From Rickettsiales bacterium (GTDB lineage: Bacteria; Pseudomonadota; Alphaproteobacteria; Rickettsiales; UBA6187), in assembly GCA_040507985.1 (NCBI GenBank), contig JBEVNR010000001.1, forward strand, positions 16,098-80,097: a stretch of DNA of 64,000 nucleotides, given 5' to 3'. Both the position numbers and the translations under genes were made by a program. Below are positions 50,885 through 60,064 of this stretch, piece by piece. The notes under the pieces are model-generated. The model was given only the letters and a program-made list of their open reading frames with translations. It was not told the DNA's origin and made no database searches. Position 1 is the stretch's first letter. Each line of letters opens with the position of its first letter.

Positions 50885-51133
50885 GTCGCAGCCTTATAAA
50901 TACATTATTTTTATAGCGAAATGATACGCGCGCCCGTTTTTATATCAATGTATCGCGCGAATTTCCACGCAAAAATAGATTTTCTTTGCGTTTGCATTGC
51001 TGCGACGCCGTTCAAGATTTTTTTATCGATCTTTTTTTTATGGATGCAGATCAGCAACAAGAGAAAATGATAGAAAAAATAACGGACCGGCCGTTCTTTT
51101 GTAAGATAGAGAGCGCAATCGAAGGGGAATCGG

Positions 51134-52615
51134 TTACGGAGAATATGCGATCGTTGCCACCTCCGCTCCGCGTTCGTCGTCGATATCTTTGAAATACATA
51201 ACCTTAATATCGCGTTTCGTTCGCAGATCGGTAGCACAAGCCTTGTTTCTTAACTGTCTGCTGTCCGAGATGGATTCATTTTCGAATGTTTCAAGAGCAA
51301 AGAATGCAGGCAAAAAACTCACTTGGTTTTGATGGGAAGCGTTGATGCATACGCGAGTCAGCCTGAACGTGTGGTTTTTCAGGGTATAGCCAAGCCGCGT
51401 CATTGCAGTGCACCTTTGATAGGTACACCCTTGATTGCTAGGCACGTGGTTTTTTCCCGTGACGAATATATAGAATATTTGGGCAATATATTCTTCAAGT
51501 TGCGTGCGATACTCCCGGCCAAGAGCTATCGTAGATTGTGAAGCCAGACCTACAATCCACTGAAGAATAAGGTTGCCCTTAGATTCGCCGGATTGGTCTT
51601 TGAAAAGCGGGCTACAATCGATTGTTGAATTTTTAAGTATAGACGCGGCAAAATTTATCGCCTGCATTAGCGCATTTACAAAATCGTCTTCCATTGCGAC
51701 CGACATCTTCGGCCACGAGTCTTTCGTTATCGGCCCATTCGCTGTTTGTTGGCGTGGTAAGTTCGATAGGTCCGGCCAGGATTCTTTTGACAAAACGTTC
51801 CCGACGTTTTTGCGTTTGGGATTAGAATTTGAAAATCCTCCGGGTCGTTTCAGGGTAGAGGAAGAAGGTTGCTCTTCTTGCTCTTCGCCGGATTCTTCGT
51901 CGGAAGTTTCCGGGTTAGTGGCAGCGGCCGCGTTTTCTTGAAGCAAACGGCTTTGAAGGCCGGCATTCTGCGTGTTCAATGCGGCAAGCTGTTTAATAAG
52001 GTCGGCGTTTTTCTGTTCCGATTTGGTAAGTCGTTTACGAAGGTCGACGTTTAGGGCTGTCAATTCTATAATTTTCTTGTCACTTTGATCGCTTGCGCCG
52101 CTCGCATCGTTCAATTCGGCCTCTTTGTTGCCTTCAAGTTCCGCTATTTGTTCCAAAAGATCGTTGTTCTCTTCTTCTGCGGTAGTAAGCTTGAGTTCTA
52201 GCGAACCAATTTTTTCTTTATCTTGGGAGAGAGTCGTTCTTGTTTGGGATAATTCAAGCCTGAGCCTTTTCTCTTCTTCAGCTGTGGCGGATTTTTCCGC
52301 TTTAGTGGTTGCCAGTTGTCCGGTAAGGTTCTTATTTATTTCGTTCAATTCTTTAATTTCTTTATCTTTCTTGTCAACGTTTTCCTGAAACCATGCGAGC
52401 ACCCCGTTATCTTCGTGACGCACGAAGTTTACGGACGCTCTGAGCACGGACGCAAAAGATTGAGCGCGCGATAATCCTTCGGGAGTGGGTATTTCCGACT
52501 CGACGTTTGGCGTGAAGGATTGCATTCCGGGAAGAGCAGGAAGAGAGGGATTGCCTGATGTAAAGGATGATGTCCGTTGGCTTGGATCAACGCCGTTACT
52601 TGGATGAGCATCCAT
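51134..52615 (-). CDS. coiled-coil orphan protein
   Basis: 493-aa ORF in an AT-richer islet. It has a Ser/Pro-rich N-terminus, a ~170-aa heptad-like Glu/Lys/Leu-rich segment (KEIKELNEINKNLTGQL...LIKQLAALNTQNAGLQSRLLQ) and a C-terminal globular part. No signal peptide or known domain recognised. Confidence 0.55.
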   Translation of the reverse strand: MDAHPSNGVDPSQRTSSFTSGNPSLPALPGMQSFTPNVESEIPTPEGLSRAQSFASVLRASVNFVRHEDNGVLAWFQENVDKKDKEIKELNEINKNLTGQLATTKAEKSATAEEEKRLRLELSQTRTTLSQDKEKIGSLELKLTTAEEENNDLLEQIAELEGNKEAELNDASGASDQSDKKIIELTALNVDLRKRLTKSEQKNADLIKQLAALNTQNAGLQSRLLQENAAAATNPETSDEESGEEQEEQPSSSTLKRPGGFSNSNPKRKNVGNVLSKESWPDLSNLPRQQTANGPITKDSWPKMSVAMEDDFVNALMQAINFAASILKNSTIDCSPLFKDQSGESKGNLILQWIVGLASQSTIALGREYRTQLEEYIAQIFYIFVTGKNHVPSNQGCTYQRCTAMTRLGYTLKNHTFRLTRVCINASHQNQVSFLPAFFALETFENESISDSRQLRNKACATDLRTKRDIKVMYFKDIDDERGAEVATIAYSP

Positions 52616-52753
52616 GGCTATAAGGCAAAAAGCACAAAAACTTTTAAAAATGAAGCGGAGTCTGCACGAGAAAATCGAACTAATTAGTAATTAACACTAA
52701 CTCGCAAATCAAAAATGTAAAGCTTTTTATTTTTTTATCAGAGCTAATTGCAT

Positions 52754-52771
52754 GGTGAAAACATGAATTAA
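52754..52771 (-). repeat. TTAATTCATGTTTTCACC motif copy (minus-strand orientation)
   Basis: The reverse complement of GGTGAAAACATGAATTAA is an exact 18-nt match to 12666-12683. It lies 139 nt upstream of the coiled-coil orphan start, in the same orientation as that gene. Confidence 0.8.
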
Positions 52772-52879
52772 CGCATTAATAACTTATGTTTCCACCCTGT
52801 CGTCGTCCGTGATCTTGCTCCGGTCGCCCGCCTTATACAAAGGTTTTAATTCCCCGGTCTCTTGCAATATTTTATTCCA

Positions 52880-53076
52880 TCGATACACGACATGCGGCGC
52901 ACCTACGGTAGCAATTTGAGGGCTAAAGGGGTCGCCACGCAACCATTTCGGCGCTGATCGGAAGCAGCAGCGCCGTCACCGAACGCGTCTACGCCCGTCC
53001 GGAAGCCCACGAATTACGCGACGCCGTCAGCCTCCTTGACGAGGCCATGCACAAAACGTACACACCAACCAACTAA
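52880..53076 (+). pseudogene. tyrosine recombinase (integrase) C-terminal remnant, frameshifted
   Basis: One frame reads IHDMRRTYGSNLRAKGVATQ (HxLRxT box). A second frame continues TISALIGSSSAVTERVYARPEA...* (LLGHSS..TE.Y box with the catalytic Tyr). There is no N-terminal part. It ends 48 nt from the tRNA-Lys 3' end. Confidence 0.55.
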
Positions 53077-53123
53077 CTCGAATCGAGCGAAAAACCAATA
53101 ACCCCGTCAAATAAGAATAAAAA

Positions 53124-53199
53124 TGGTGATCCCGACAGGATTTGAACCTGTGACCCACTGATTAAAAGTCAGTTGCTCTACCGACTGAGCTACGGGATC
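53124..53199 (-). tRNA. tRNA-Lys (anticodon UUU)
   Basis: Full 76-nt cloverleaf on the minus strand: acceptor GATCCCG/CGGGATC, D-arm GCTC-AGTCGGTA-GAGC, anticodon arm ACTGA-CTTTTAA-TCAGT, T-arm ACAGG-TTCAAAT-CCTGT, encoded CCA. Confidence 0.92.
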
Positions 53200-53671
53200 T
53201 AAAAATAACGAAAGGAAATTGGACGCCAACGATGCGGTATTAATAAAAAATTACCGTCGCTATGTCAAGGGTGGATTTTAATGTTTTTGTGGTCGCGTCA
53301 ATCGTTGAATACGAAAATAAGCTTTCGACAAAGGCGGCACATCGCGGAATCACGCTTCATGCTCGCTTCCCCCGTTAGCGCGTTAAACGAGCTGCCGAAG
53401 CCGCATTTCCTTTCCGTCGACTGCGCCGCCTATAAGCGTCAACGCACCGAATGGAAAAGCATTCCTTACGCTGCGGCAGGTTCGCGGCACAAACGTACGT
53501 CACGTTTTTCCCTTTGATGCGGCTCTCGCCGCATATCGCACGCGCAGGCGCCTTTGTTTTCAAAAAACAAAAAATCTTCGTGCGCCTCTTCTCAAGAAAC
53601 GCGTGCGTTTCCATCGCTGCGCGCCGCGCCGACGCACGACCGGCAATCGGGTCATGATTCGTTATTTTTTC

Positions 53672-54085
53672 TCACTCCGGCGTCAATTCCTGCATTTGAA
53701 TCTTATAGGCAGGAATTTCTACGTTTTTGTAGGTTTTCGTTTGCAGATTTTTTAAATTAATTTCGGCGCTTTGGTTGCCGGCATTGATTTGCGTGGCATT
53801 GACGACCGCGACGCCGCCCGGGCCGGTCTGCACGCTGATCGAGTTGCCGACGGCGGTGGCGGCGTTCGTGCCGTCGGAGAGTCCCGGCCGGTTTGCCGTG
53901 CCTTCGGTGTATATTTGCTGAAACAGCGAGGCGCCGCGCGCGTCTTTCGCACTTACCCAATCTTCGACGTCGCGTCCTTTCGCAAAGCCGATGCCGCGAT
54001 CGAAGTTAAATTCAACCGCCGACGCCGCGCCCGACTGGCAGGCGACGAAGGCGATACAGATGGCAAGGGTTTTGAAACGAAACAC
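53672..54085 (-). CDS. small secreted protein with one curlin-like repeat unit (CsgB/minor-subunit or accessory candidate)
   Basis: 137 aa with a signal peptide (LAICIAFVACQSGAASA). NSISVQTGPGGVAVVNATQ followed by INAGNQSAEIN resembles the S-x5-Q-x-G-x-G-N-x-A-x3-Q curlin repeat. Last gene of the CsgG locus. Confidence 0.5.
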   Translation of the reverse strand: MFRFKTLAICIAFVACQSGAASAVEFNFDRGIGFAKGRDVEDWVSAKDARGASLFQQIYTEGTANRPGLSDGTNAATAVGNSISVQTGPGGVAVVNATQINAGNQSAEINLKNLQTKTYKNVEIPAYKIQMQELTPE

Positions 54086-54167
54086 GGACGGACTCCTTGA
54101 AGAATATAAACTTATAACGTCAAAAAAAGGAGGAGGAAATTTCCCCCTCCCCTTTATGCGTTCCTCC

Positions 54168-54968
54168 TTATTGCACTTTTACCGGCGCAATTTGGATGGA
54201 GTTGCCCATCGCGGTCACGTTTACGGGGTCTTTCATGCCGTTGATCGTCACTTTCGCGAGCGAGCTAATGTCGGCGCAGTTATGCTGAGAGACGGAGGCG
54301 GACGTAAAGTCCTGACTGGTGACGCTTAAGTTGTTGCCGAGGGCGGCCACGTTTACGCTCACGTCGGCGTCGGCAAGGGCGTTTTGGCCTTGCAGCAACG
54401 TGTCCAGACGGGCGTCGACTTTAGCGCCGGTATTGTTTTGCGCCATGTCGAGAATGAGGTTGCCGTCCGTTCCGAACGTCGCGGAGTTGGCGACGGAGGT
54501 CACGTTAAGGTCAATGTCGCCGATTTCGACAAGGTGGTTAAGCGTCAGGTTCGCTTTCGCGGTAACGCTTTGGTTGTTGTCCTGGGCGGCTTCCATCGCC
54601 GTACTGCCTTTTAGCTGGATGTTGGCGTTGTTGGCGATCGCGGCGGTTTGGCTTTCAAATTTGCCGGAGATAAACTGGCCGTAATAATTCAATTCGGAAT
54701 TAATTTTGCCGGTGTTCTTTTGGCTAAATTCCATCGCGTTTTTCACCGCGCCGGGAACGACAATGTCGATGGTGTGCGCGCCTTCGACCTTCAGGCCGGA
54801 GATGTCGACGCCGCCGGCGCCTTCGATATTGACGAATTTGCTATCGTTGACGTACAGGTCAAGCCCGCACACTTCGCCCGCGCCGCAGGCGTAGGAGGCT
54901 TTCGCCGCCGTCATCGCCATCGCGGAGGCGCCCATCGCCAGCAATGCGTATAATTTAACTTTTTTCAT
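54168..54968 (-). CDS. secreted repeat protein, curlin-like with ~46-aa period (major-subunit candidate)
   Basis: 266 aa with a signal peptide (AMGASAMAMTAAKA). Four to five units each carry (A/G)-N-(N/S)-(A/L/I) (AIANNANIQ, SVANSATF, ALGNNLSV, AMGNSIQI) and Q-x-N-x-(G/S/Q) (SQKNTG, AQDNNQ, AQNNTG, SQHNCA). Asn/Gln/Ala/Ser-rich. Confidence 0.55.
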   Translation of the reverse strand: MKKVKLYALLAMGASAMAMTAAKASYACGAGEVCGLDLYVNDSKFVNIEGAGGVDISGLKVEGAHTIDIVVPGAVKNAMEFSQKNTGKINSELNYYGQFISGKFESQTAAIANNANIQLKGSTAMEAAQDNNQSVTAKANLTLNHLVEIGDIDLNVTSVANSATFGTDGNLILDMAQNNTGAKVDARLDTLLQGQNALADADVSVNVAALGNNLSVTSQDFTSASVSQHNCADISSLAKVTINGMKDPVNVTAMGNSIQIAPVKVQ

Positions 54969-55085
54969 ATAATACTCCTTAAGGTGAAAAGTTAACTATT
55001 CTTTAGCGTCGGACGGGAATCGTCTTTTCGCCTGAAAGAATGTGGGATCGATCGGAAGGGCGTCTCCCCTTCCCCCTCGAAATTT

Positions 55086-55955
55086 CTATAAGCCGCCCTT
55101 AATCCAACCCGGCATAGGCTCGCTCGACAAGGCGGCGGCGCGGCACGAATCACCGGAGGTGCCGTAGAGCTTGCCGAGCAGTTCGTACACGGCCAGTTCC
55201 GATATGGAACGCACCGCCAGTTGAATCGGCTCGAGCGAACGTTCTCCGACCCCGACGTCAAGCAGCTTGTTTTCAAAGAATTTAAACACGCCGGCCTGCA
55301 CTTCGCGTCCGATGATTTGTTTTTGGTAGCTCACCGTCGAGACGATTTTCAGCGTGTCGGTTTCGACCAGGCGGAAATCCATCGCCACGTTCATCACGTA
55401 ATAGCGCATGCCGCCGGAGGCGATGTCGAACAGGGCGTTGACGTCGTTCGAGCGAATATTGTAGTTCAGTTCGGTGATGCCGCCCATGATGGTGTATTTG
55501 CTGCCCACGATCGAGCCGGCCAGAATGGGCTGATACGCCCGCTCGTCCCCTTCGATGCTGTTTTTAATGAGTTTGTTGTCCTTCATTTTCAGCTCGAATT
55601 CGTTCACCGACGTGTCGAAACGCTCCACCTGCGGCACGCCCACCTTATCGAGCGCCGAAATCATCATGAGCGTGGCGCCTTGCGTCAGGCGGCGGCCCGT
55701 TTCGATGTCGTCCTTGCCGGTGAAGTCCAGCACGCGGCCTATCGTCATCACGTCCGGCGTGACGTGTTTTTGTTTCAGTTCGGCGGACAGGCATTTTAAC
55801 TCTTTCGTGTAGACCGTGTCGTTTCCCGTCACCTCGCTTTGGCCTATGGGCGCGGCGTAGTTGTCGGTGTGCGTCCAATAATTTCCGAAATATCCGTTGC
55901 AACCGGTTAACGCCAGCAAGGGTAAGCCTAATGCGATTTTGAGCGCTTTTTTCAT
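55086..55955 (-). CDS. csgG: CsgG-family outer-membrane lipoprotein channel
   Basis: Lipobox LALTGC. The C-terminal half aligns by eye with E. coli CsgG: ours SYQKQIIGREVQAGVFKFFENKLLDVGVGERSLEPIQLAVRS, CsgG TSKTILSYEVQAGVFRFIDYQRLLEGEVGYTSNEPVMLCLMS. Confidence 0.88.
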   Translation of the reverse strand: MKKALKIALGLPLLALTGCNGYFGNYWTHTDNYAAPIGQSEVTGNDTVYTKELKCLSAELKQKHVTPDVMTIGRVLDFTGKDDIETGRRLTQGATLMMISALDKVGVPQVERFDTSVNEFELKMKDNKLIKNSIEGDERAYQPILAGSIVGSKYTIMGGITELNYNIRSNDVNALFDIASGGMRYYVMNVAMDFRLVETDTLKIVSTVSYQKQIIGREVQAGVFKFFENKLLDVGVGERSLEPIQLAVRSISELAVYELLGKLYGTSGDSCRAAALSSEPMPGWIKGGL

Positions 55956-55989
55956 AATTTTACTTCATTATCTTTCGTTAACTGTATTG

Positions 55990-56307
55990 TTACTTCGGCA
56001 ACTCGACGTTGCGATAAAACGGCGTGGTGACGGTTTGCGTTCCCTTGTCCACCTGCCGCACGTTCAGCATGACGGTGCTGCCCGGCGCCATCTCTATGCC
56101 AAGGGCGTCCACGTCGTAGGTCGATCCCGGAGAGACGGAAAGCTTTCTTCCCCATATGTCGCGGTCTAAGGCGTTTTCTTTTTCGTAGGCGCCCGCCTCG
56201 TTGCCCTCGCGCCCGCCGGAGAGCGCGCCTTCATGGTTCTCCGCCGACGCCGCTTGCGCAAAGGCAAGCGCGACGGTTAGCGTCAATAGCTTGAATGTCA
56301 TAAACAT
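55990..56307 (-). CDS. small secreted beta-rich protein, first gene of the CsgG locus (accessory-factor candidate)
   Basis: 105 aa with a signal peptide (LTLTVALAFAQAASA). The C-terminal ~60 aa alternate hydrophobic and polar residues (LSVSPGSTYDVDALGIEMAPGSTVMLNVRQVDKGTQTVTT). No family recognised. Confidence 0.45.
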   Translation of the reverse strand: MFMTFKLLTLTVALAFAQAASAENHEGALSGGREGNEAGAYEKENALDRDIWGRKLSVSPGSTYDVDALGIEMAPGSTVMLNVRQVDKGTQTVTTPFYRNVELPK

Positions 56308-56635
56308 ACCCTATGAAACGGATAAGCGGCGAGCGGAGGCGCCGCAACGAAACGGGGCGCGGCCTCTTCCTTGCGAAAAGATAGCGCAGGCAAGAGCCTT
56401 TCGCGCGATTTTACGACGATAAAACGAATGTGTAACGCATGATCCCTCTCCCCCTTTTGTCTTTGCTTTGTCGCCATGCGATGCGTCTTTTCCCCAAAAG
56501 ACGTCGGCGATTCGGCCCCCTTTATTCTTACCGGATTTTTTTTGGATTATCCGGCCTTGTAGTTAACACTATATCAATAATTATTGAATTATTTATAACA
56601 AATTGCACGAAGATTACGGTTGTTGGTTAGCGGAT

Positions 56636-56667
56636 AGGAAGAGACATGCCTAGGAAGAGACATGCCT
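56636..56667. repeat. 16-bp tandem duplication (AGGAAGAGACATGCCT x2)
   Basis: Two identical adjacent copies in the long AT-rich spacer between the CsgG locus and topA. Confidence 0.9.
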
Positions 56668-57208
56668 CAGAATTTTTTATTTTTTCGTTTTTTTGAGCCG
56701 AAATAGTCCCGTTGCGCCTACCAAAACAGAAAAGCGTCGCGCAATGCCGGATTGCGGAAAAAGAATGAGGATGCGGAATGAAGCGAGTTATATGTCCGGG
56801 GGATCCCGATGCGGAGGGAGTCTCTCATACGTCTCGGTGCCCATTTCGTCCGTCTGTGGAATTGCCAACGACGACGATGCGACAGACCCGTTGTTGGTAG
56901 CTTTTTCTCCCGGGGGTGACGTATATTGATCAAGCACGGCGTCCGCAGCGGATGGCATGATTGCAGCGGCGAGGAGCGTAGGCAATGGGGTAAGTGGCGC
57001 GGACTATAAAAGTAAGGATAAGATTGTGTTGATGTCAATCTTACCGCGCATGTGGCCGCGAATCAATCTTTTGTTTGGGCGAACGACAAAATATCCCCTT
57101 GCCACGCCGCCCCGTTTGTCGCTATAACGCGCAGCGTATGGCGTTATGGTTCGCCTTTGGCGAAAAACGTGATAACATACGACATATATAGAGGATGAAG
57201 GGGGCGTT

Positions 57209-59779
57209 ATGAAATTGGTGATCGTCGAATCTCCCGCCAAGGCCAAGACCATCGGCAAATATTTGGGGAAGGATTACGAAATTCTCGCCTCGTTCGGGCA
57301 TATTCGCGACCTGCCGTCTAAAAACGGGTCGGTCGAGCCGGCGAAAGATTTTGCCATGCATTACGAAATAAGCAAAGATTCCCTCAAGCATGTCTCGGCC
57401 ATCGAAAAAGCCGCCAAGCGCGCCGAGTCGATATTGCTCGCCACCGACCCGGACCGCGAGGGAGAGGCCATATCATGGCATATCGTTGAAGCGCTGGACG
57501 AGCGAGGCATATTCCAAAAGAAAAATCCGCCGGACGTCAAGCGCATCGTTTTTCATGAAATTACCGCCAACGCCGTCCGCCGCGCCGCCGCCAATCCGCG
57601 CGACGTGAACATGGATTTGGTGAATTCGCAGCAAGCCCGCCGCGCGCTCGATTATCTGGTGGGTTTCACGCTCTCGCCCGTCTTGTGGCGCAAATTGCCG
57701 GGCAGCCGCAGCGCCGGGCGCGTGCAATCGGTCGCCTTGCGCCTGATATGCGACCGCGAGGAAGACATAGAAAAATTCGTCGCGCGCGAATATTGGACGA
57801 TCGCCGGGCATTTCATTCCCGAATTGAAGGATGTCTTCCTTGTCGGACGGCTGGCGGAATATGAAGGCCAAAAGGTCGAACAATTCACCTTTACGAACGA
57901 AAAAACCGCCAAAGACGCGCAAGCCCGGCTGGAAAAAGGACGCTACGCCGTCTCCGGCCGCGACACCAGGCGCGTGGCGCGCCACCCCAAGCCGCCTTTC
58001 ACCACCTCTACCCTGCAACAGGAAGCCGCGCGAAAATTAGGGTTCAGCGCGAAGAAAACCATGCAGATCGCACAAAAACTTTATGAAGGCGTCGATTTCG
58101 ACGGCGAAACCACCGGGCTTATCACCTATATGCGTACCGACGCCGTGACGGTAAGTACGGAGGCGGTAGCCGAAGCCCGTCGCGCCATCGGCACGCTGTA
58201 CGGCGCGAATTACGTGCCGGATTCCCCAAGGGCGTACAAAACCAAAACCAAAAACGCGCAGGAGGCGCACGAGGCCATTCGCCCGACGTCGCCGTCGCGC
58301 ACGCCCGACATGCTGCGCCGAACGCTCGAGAAAGATTTTTTTGCGCTCTACGAACTAATATGGAAGCGGATGGTCGCCAGCCAAATGGCTTCCGCCGCGC
58401 TGGACCAAACCACCATATCGATTGCCGACGAAACCAAGAAAAACGTGTTCCGCGCCTCCGGCTCCGTGATCGTGTTCGACGGATTTTTAAGGTTATATAA
58501 AGAAGGGCTGGACGACGAACAGGAAGAGGGCGAAAGCCTGCTTCCCCCCGTGAAAGTCGGAGACAAGTTAACCACGGACAAGATCGACGCCGAACAGCAT
58601 TTCACCCAACCGCCGCCGCGCTATAGCGAGGCGAGCTTGGTCAAGCGGCTGGAGGAACTGGGCATCGGGCGCCCGTCCACTTACGCCAGCATCATTTCGG
58701 TGCTGCAAGACCGGCAATATGTGCGTCTGGACAAGCGCCGCTTTATCGCGGAAGAGCGCGGACGGCTGGTGACGAGCTTTTTGTCATCTTACTTCCCCCG
58801 CTACGTCGAATACGACTTCACCGCCAATTTAGAGGAGGAATTGGACGAAGTTTCCAACGGCAAGCGCGCTTGGAAGGATCTGTTGGCGGAGTTTTGGAAG
58901 CATTTCACCGCCAACGTCGACGAGCTGAACGACGTCACCATCTCGCATGTGCTGGAGGCGATGAACGAGAAACTCGCCTACCATTTATTTCCGCTCGGCG
59001 AGAACGGCAAACCCCAACGCGGCTGTCCCGAATGTAAAACGGGGGAATTAAGCCTGAAAGTCGGTAAGTTCGGCGCATTTCTCGGATGCTCGGTCTATCC
59101 GGAATGCAAATACACCAAGCAACTGGACGGTGAAGCCGACGCCAACGAAGGGGCGACGGCGGGAGCCGAAGGCGACCTGCCGCGCTCGCTCGGCGTGGAT
59201 AAAGACGGCAAACCCGTCACCCTAAAAAAAGGGCCCTACGGCGTGTACGTCCAACTAGGGGAAGATCAGGCGGACAAGAAAAAAGACCCGGCGCCCAAAC
59301 GGTTGGGCGTCCCGAAAGGCACGCCGCTAGAGAGCGTGACGCTCGAAAAAGCGCTGGAAATGCTCGCCCTGCCGCGTATCGTCGGCAACCATCCGGAGAC
59401 GGGGAAGGAAATTTCCGCCGGGATCGGACGCTTCGGCCCGTACGTGAAGCACGACGGAAAATATACGTCGCTGAAGCAAGACGATCCGCTCACCATTTCC
59501 GTCGCCCGCGCCGTCGAGACGTTGTCGCAAAGCAAAACTCCGTCGGGAGAGTTGATCGGCACACATCCGGAATCGGGCAAGGACATCATGCTCATGCCGG
59601 GACGCTACGGGCCGTACATTAAATACGACAAGGCCAACGTGCCCATCCCCAAACATCGGCAAGACGAACGCATGACGATCGACCTGGCGCTGGAATGCAT
59701 CGCCTCCGCGCCGGAGAAAAAAGGCAACCCCGCCAAGAAAACGACGACGCGGAAAGCGAAGAAAGGCGAGACGTCTTAG
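57209..59779 (+). CDS. topA: DNA topoisomerase I
   Basis: 856 aa. Toprim motifs LVIVESPAKAKTI and DPDREGE, active-site Tyr region GLITYMRTD, and C-terminal zinc-ribbon/repeat domains (CPECKTGEL...CSVYPEC). Confidence 0.97.
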   Translation: MKLVIVESPAKAKTIGKYLGKDYEILASFGHIRDLPSKNGSVEPAKDFAMHYEISKDSLKHVSAIEKAAKRAESILLATDPDREGEAISWHIVEALDERGIFQKKNPPDVKRIVFHEITANAVRRAAANPRDVNMDLVNSQQARRALDYLVGFTLSPVLWRKLPGSRSAGRVQSVALRLICDREEDIEKFVAREYWTIAGHFIPELKDVFLVGRLAEYEGQKVEQFTFTNEKTAKDAQARLEKGRYAVSGRDTRRVARHPKPPFTTSTLQQEAARKLGFSAKKTMQIAQKLYEGVDFDGETTGLITYMRTDAVTVSTEAVAEARRAIGTLYGANYVPDSPRAYKTKTKNAQEAHEAIRPTSPSRTPDMLRRTLEKDFFALYELIWKRMVASQMASAALDQTTISIADETKKNVFRASGSVIVFDGFLRLYKEGLDDEQEEGESLLPPVKVGDKLTTDKIDAEQHFTQPPPRYSEASLVKRLEELGIGRPSTYASIISVLQDRQYVRLDKRRFIAEERGRLVTSFLSSYFPRYVEYDFTANLEEELDEVSNGKRAWKDLLAEFWKHFTANVDELNDVTISHVLEAMNEKLAYHLFPLGENGKPQRGCPECKTGELSLKVGKFGAFLGCSVYPECKYTKQLDGEADANEGATAGAEGDLPRSLGVDKDGKPVTLKKGPYGVYVQLGEDQADKKKDPAPKRLGVPKGTPLESVTLEKALEMLALPRIVGNHPETGKEISAGIGRFGPYVKHDGKYTSLKQDDPLTISVARAVETLSQSKTPSGELIGTHPESGKDIMLMPGRYGPYIKYDKANVPIPKHRQDERMTIDLALECIASAPEKKGNPAKKTTTRKAKKGETS

Positions 59780-59868
59780 GGCCTGTTCACGATCTCTACT
59801 CCGGTTCGGGATAAGGAGTTGAATGCTTATATAGCAATTAGCGATAGGTTGGCATAAAAAATCATGAG

Positions 59869-59888
59869 ATCCCTGCTTCCGCAGGGAT
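59869..59888. repeat. perfect 8-bp hairpin ATCCCTGC-TTCC-GCAGGGAT
   Basis: Lies 90 nt downstream of topA. It has the same design as the ATTCCCGC-TTTC-GCGGGAAT hairpins at 12616 and 23737. A terminator or REP-like role is possible. Confidence 0.4.
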
Positions 59889-60064
59889 AACGGACGGATA
59901 GGGTATGTTCGCAACTTCATGACGCCAACCTGTCGAAGATGACTAGACCGGTAGGGCGGCGAGAGAAGGCGCTTGATATTGGCGATGCGTTCCGCTAATT
60001 TTTTATATAATCCGGCTCACGTCTTGTGCGGATACGGCCCTTTATCATCTTTTTGGACGCCGAC

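Noticed and set aside
50885-51140. Direct repeat of the tRNA-Lys 3' end (attL/attR partner) at the distal border of the islet
   Set aside because: I could not find a copy of GATCCCGACAGG or neighbouring tRNA sequence there by eye. The island border remains undefined.
53200-53671. 472-bp GC-normal gap between tRNA-Lys and the CsgG locus as an ncRNA or missing csg gene
   Set aside because: It holds only short ORFs (78-79 aa) without signal peptides or curlin-like motifs. I recognised no conserved RNA structure. Left unannotated.
56858-56929. A tmRNA-like tag reading frame (GCC AAC GAC GAC GAT... = ANDDDATDPLLVAF...) in the long spacer upstream of topA
   Set aside because: No tRNA-like T-arm (GGTTCGA-type) or CCA acceptor piece is nearby on either strand. 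There is no GGGG...GATTCGACGGG-like 5' element. The peptide does not end in the usual (L/V)AA-stop and runs on to ...GGDVY. Most likely a coincidence.
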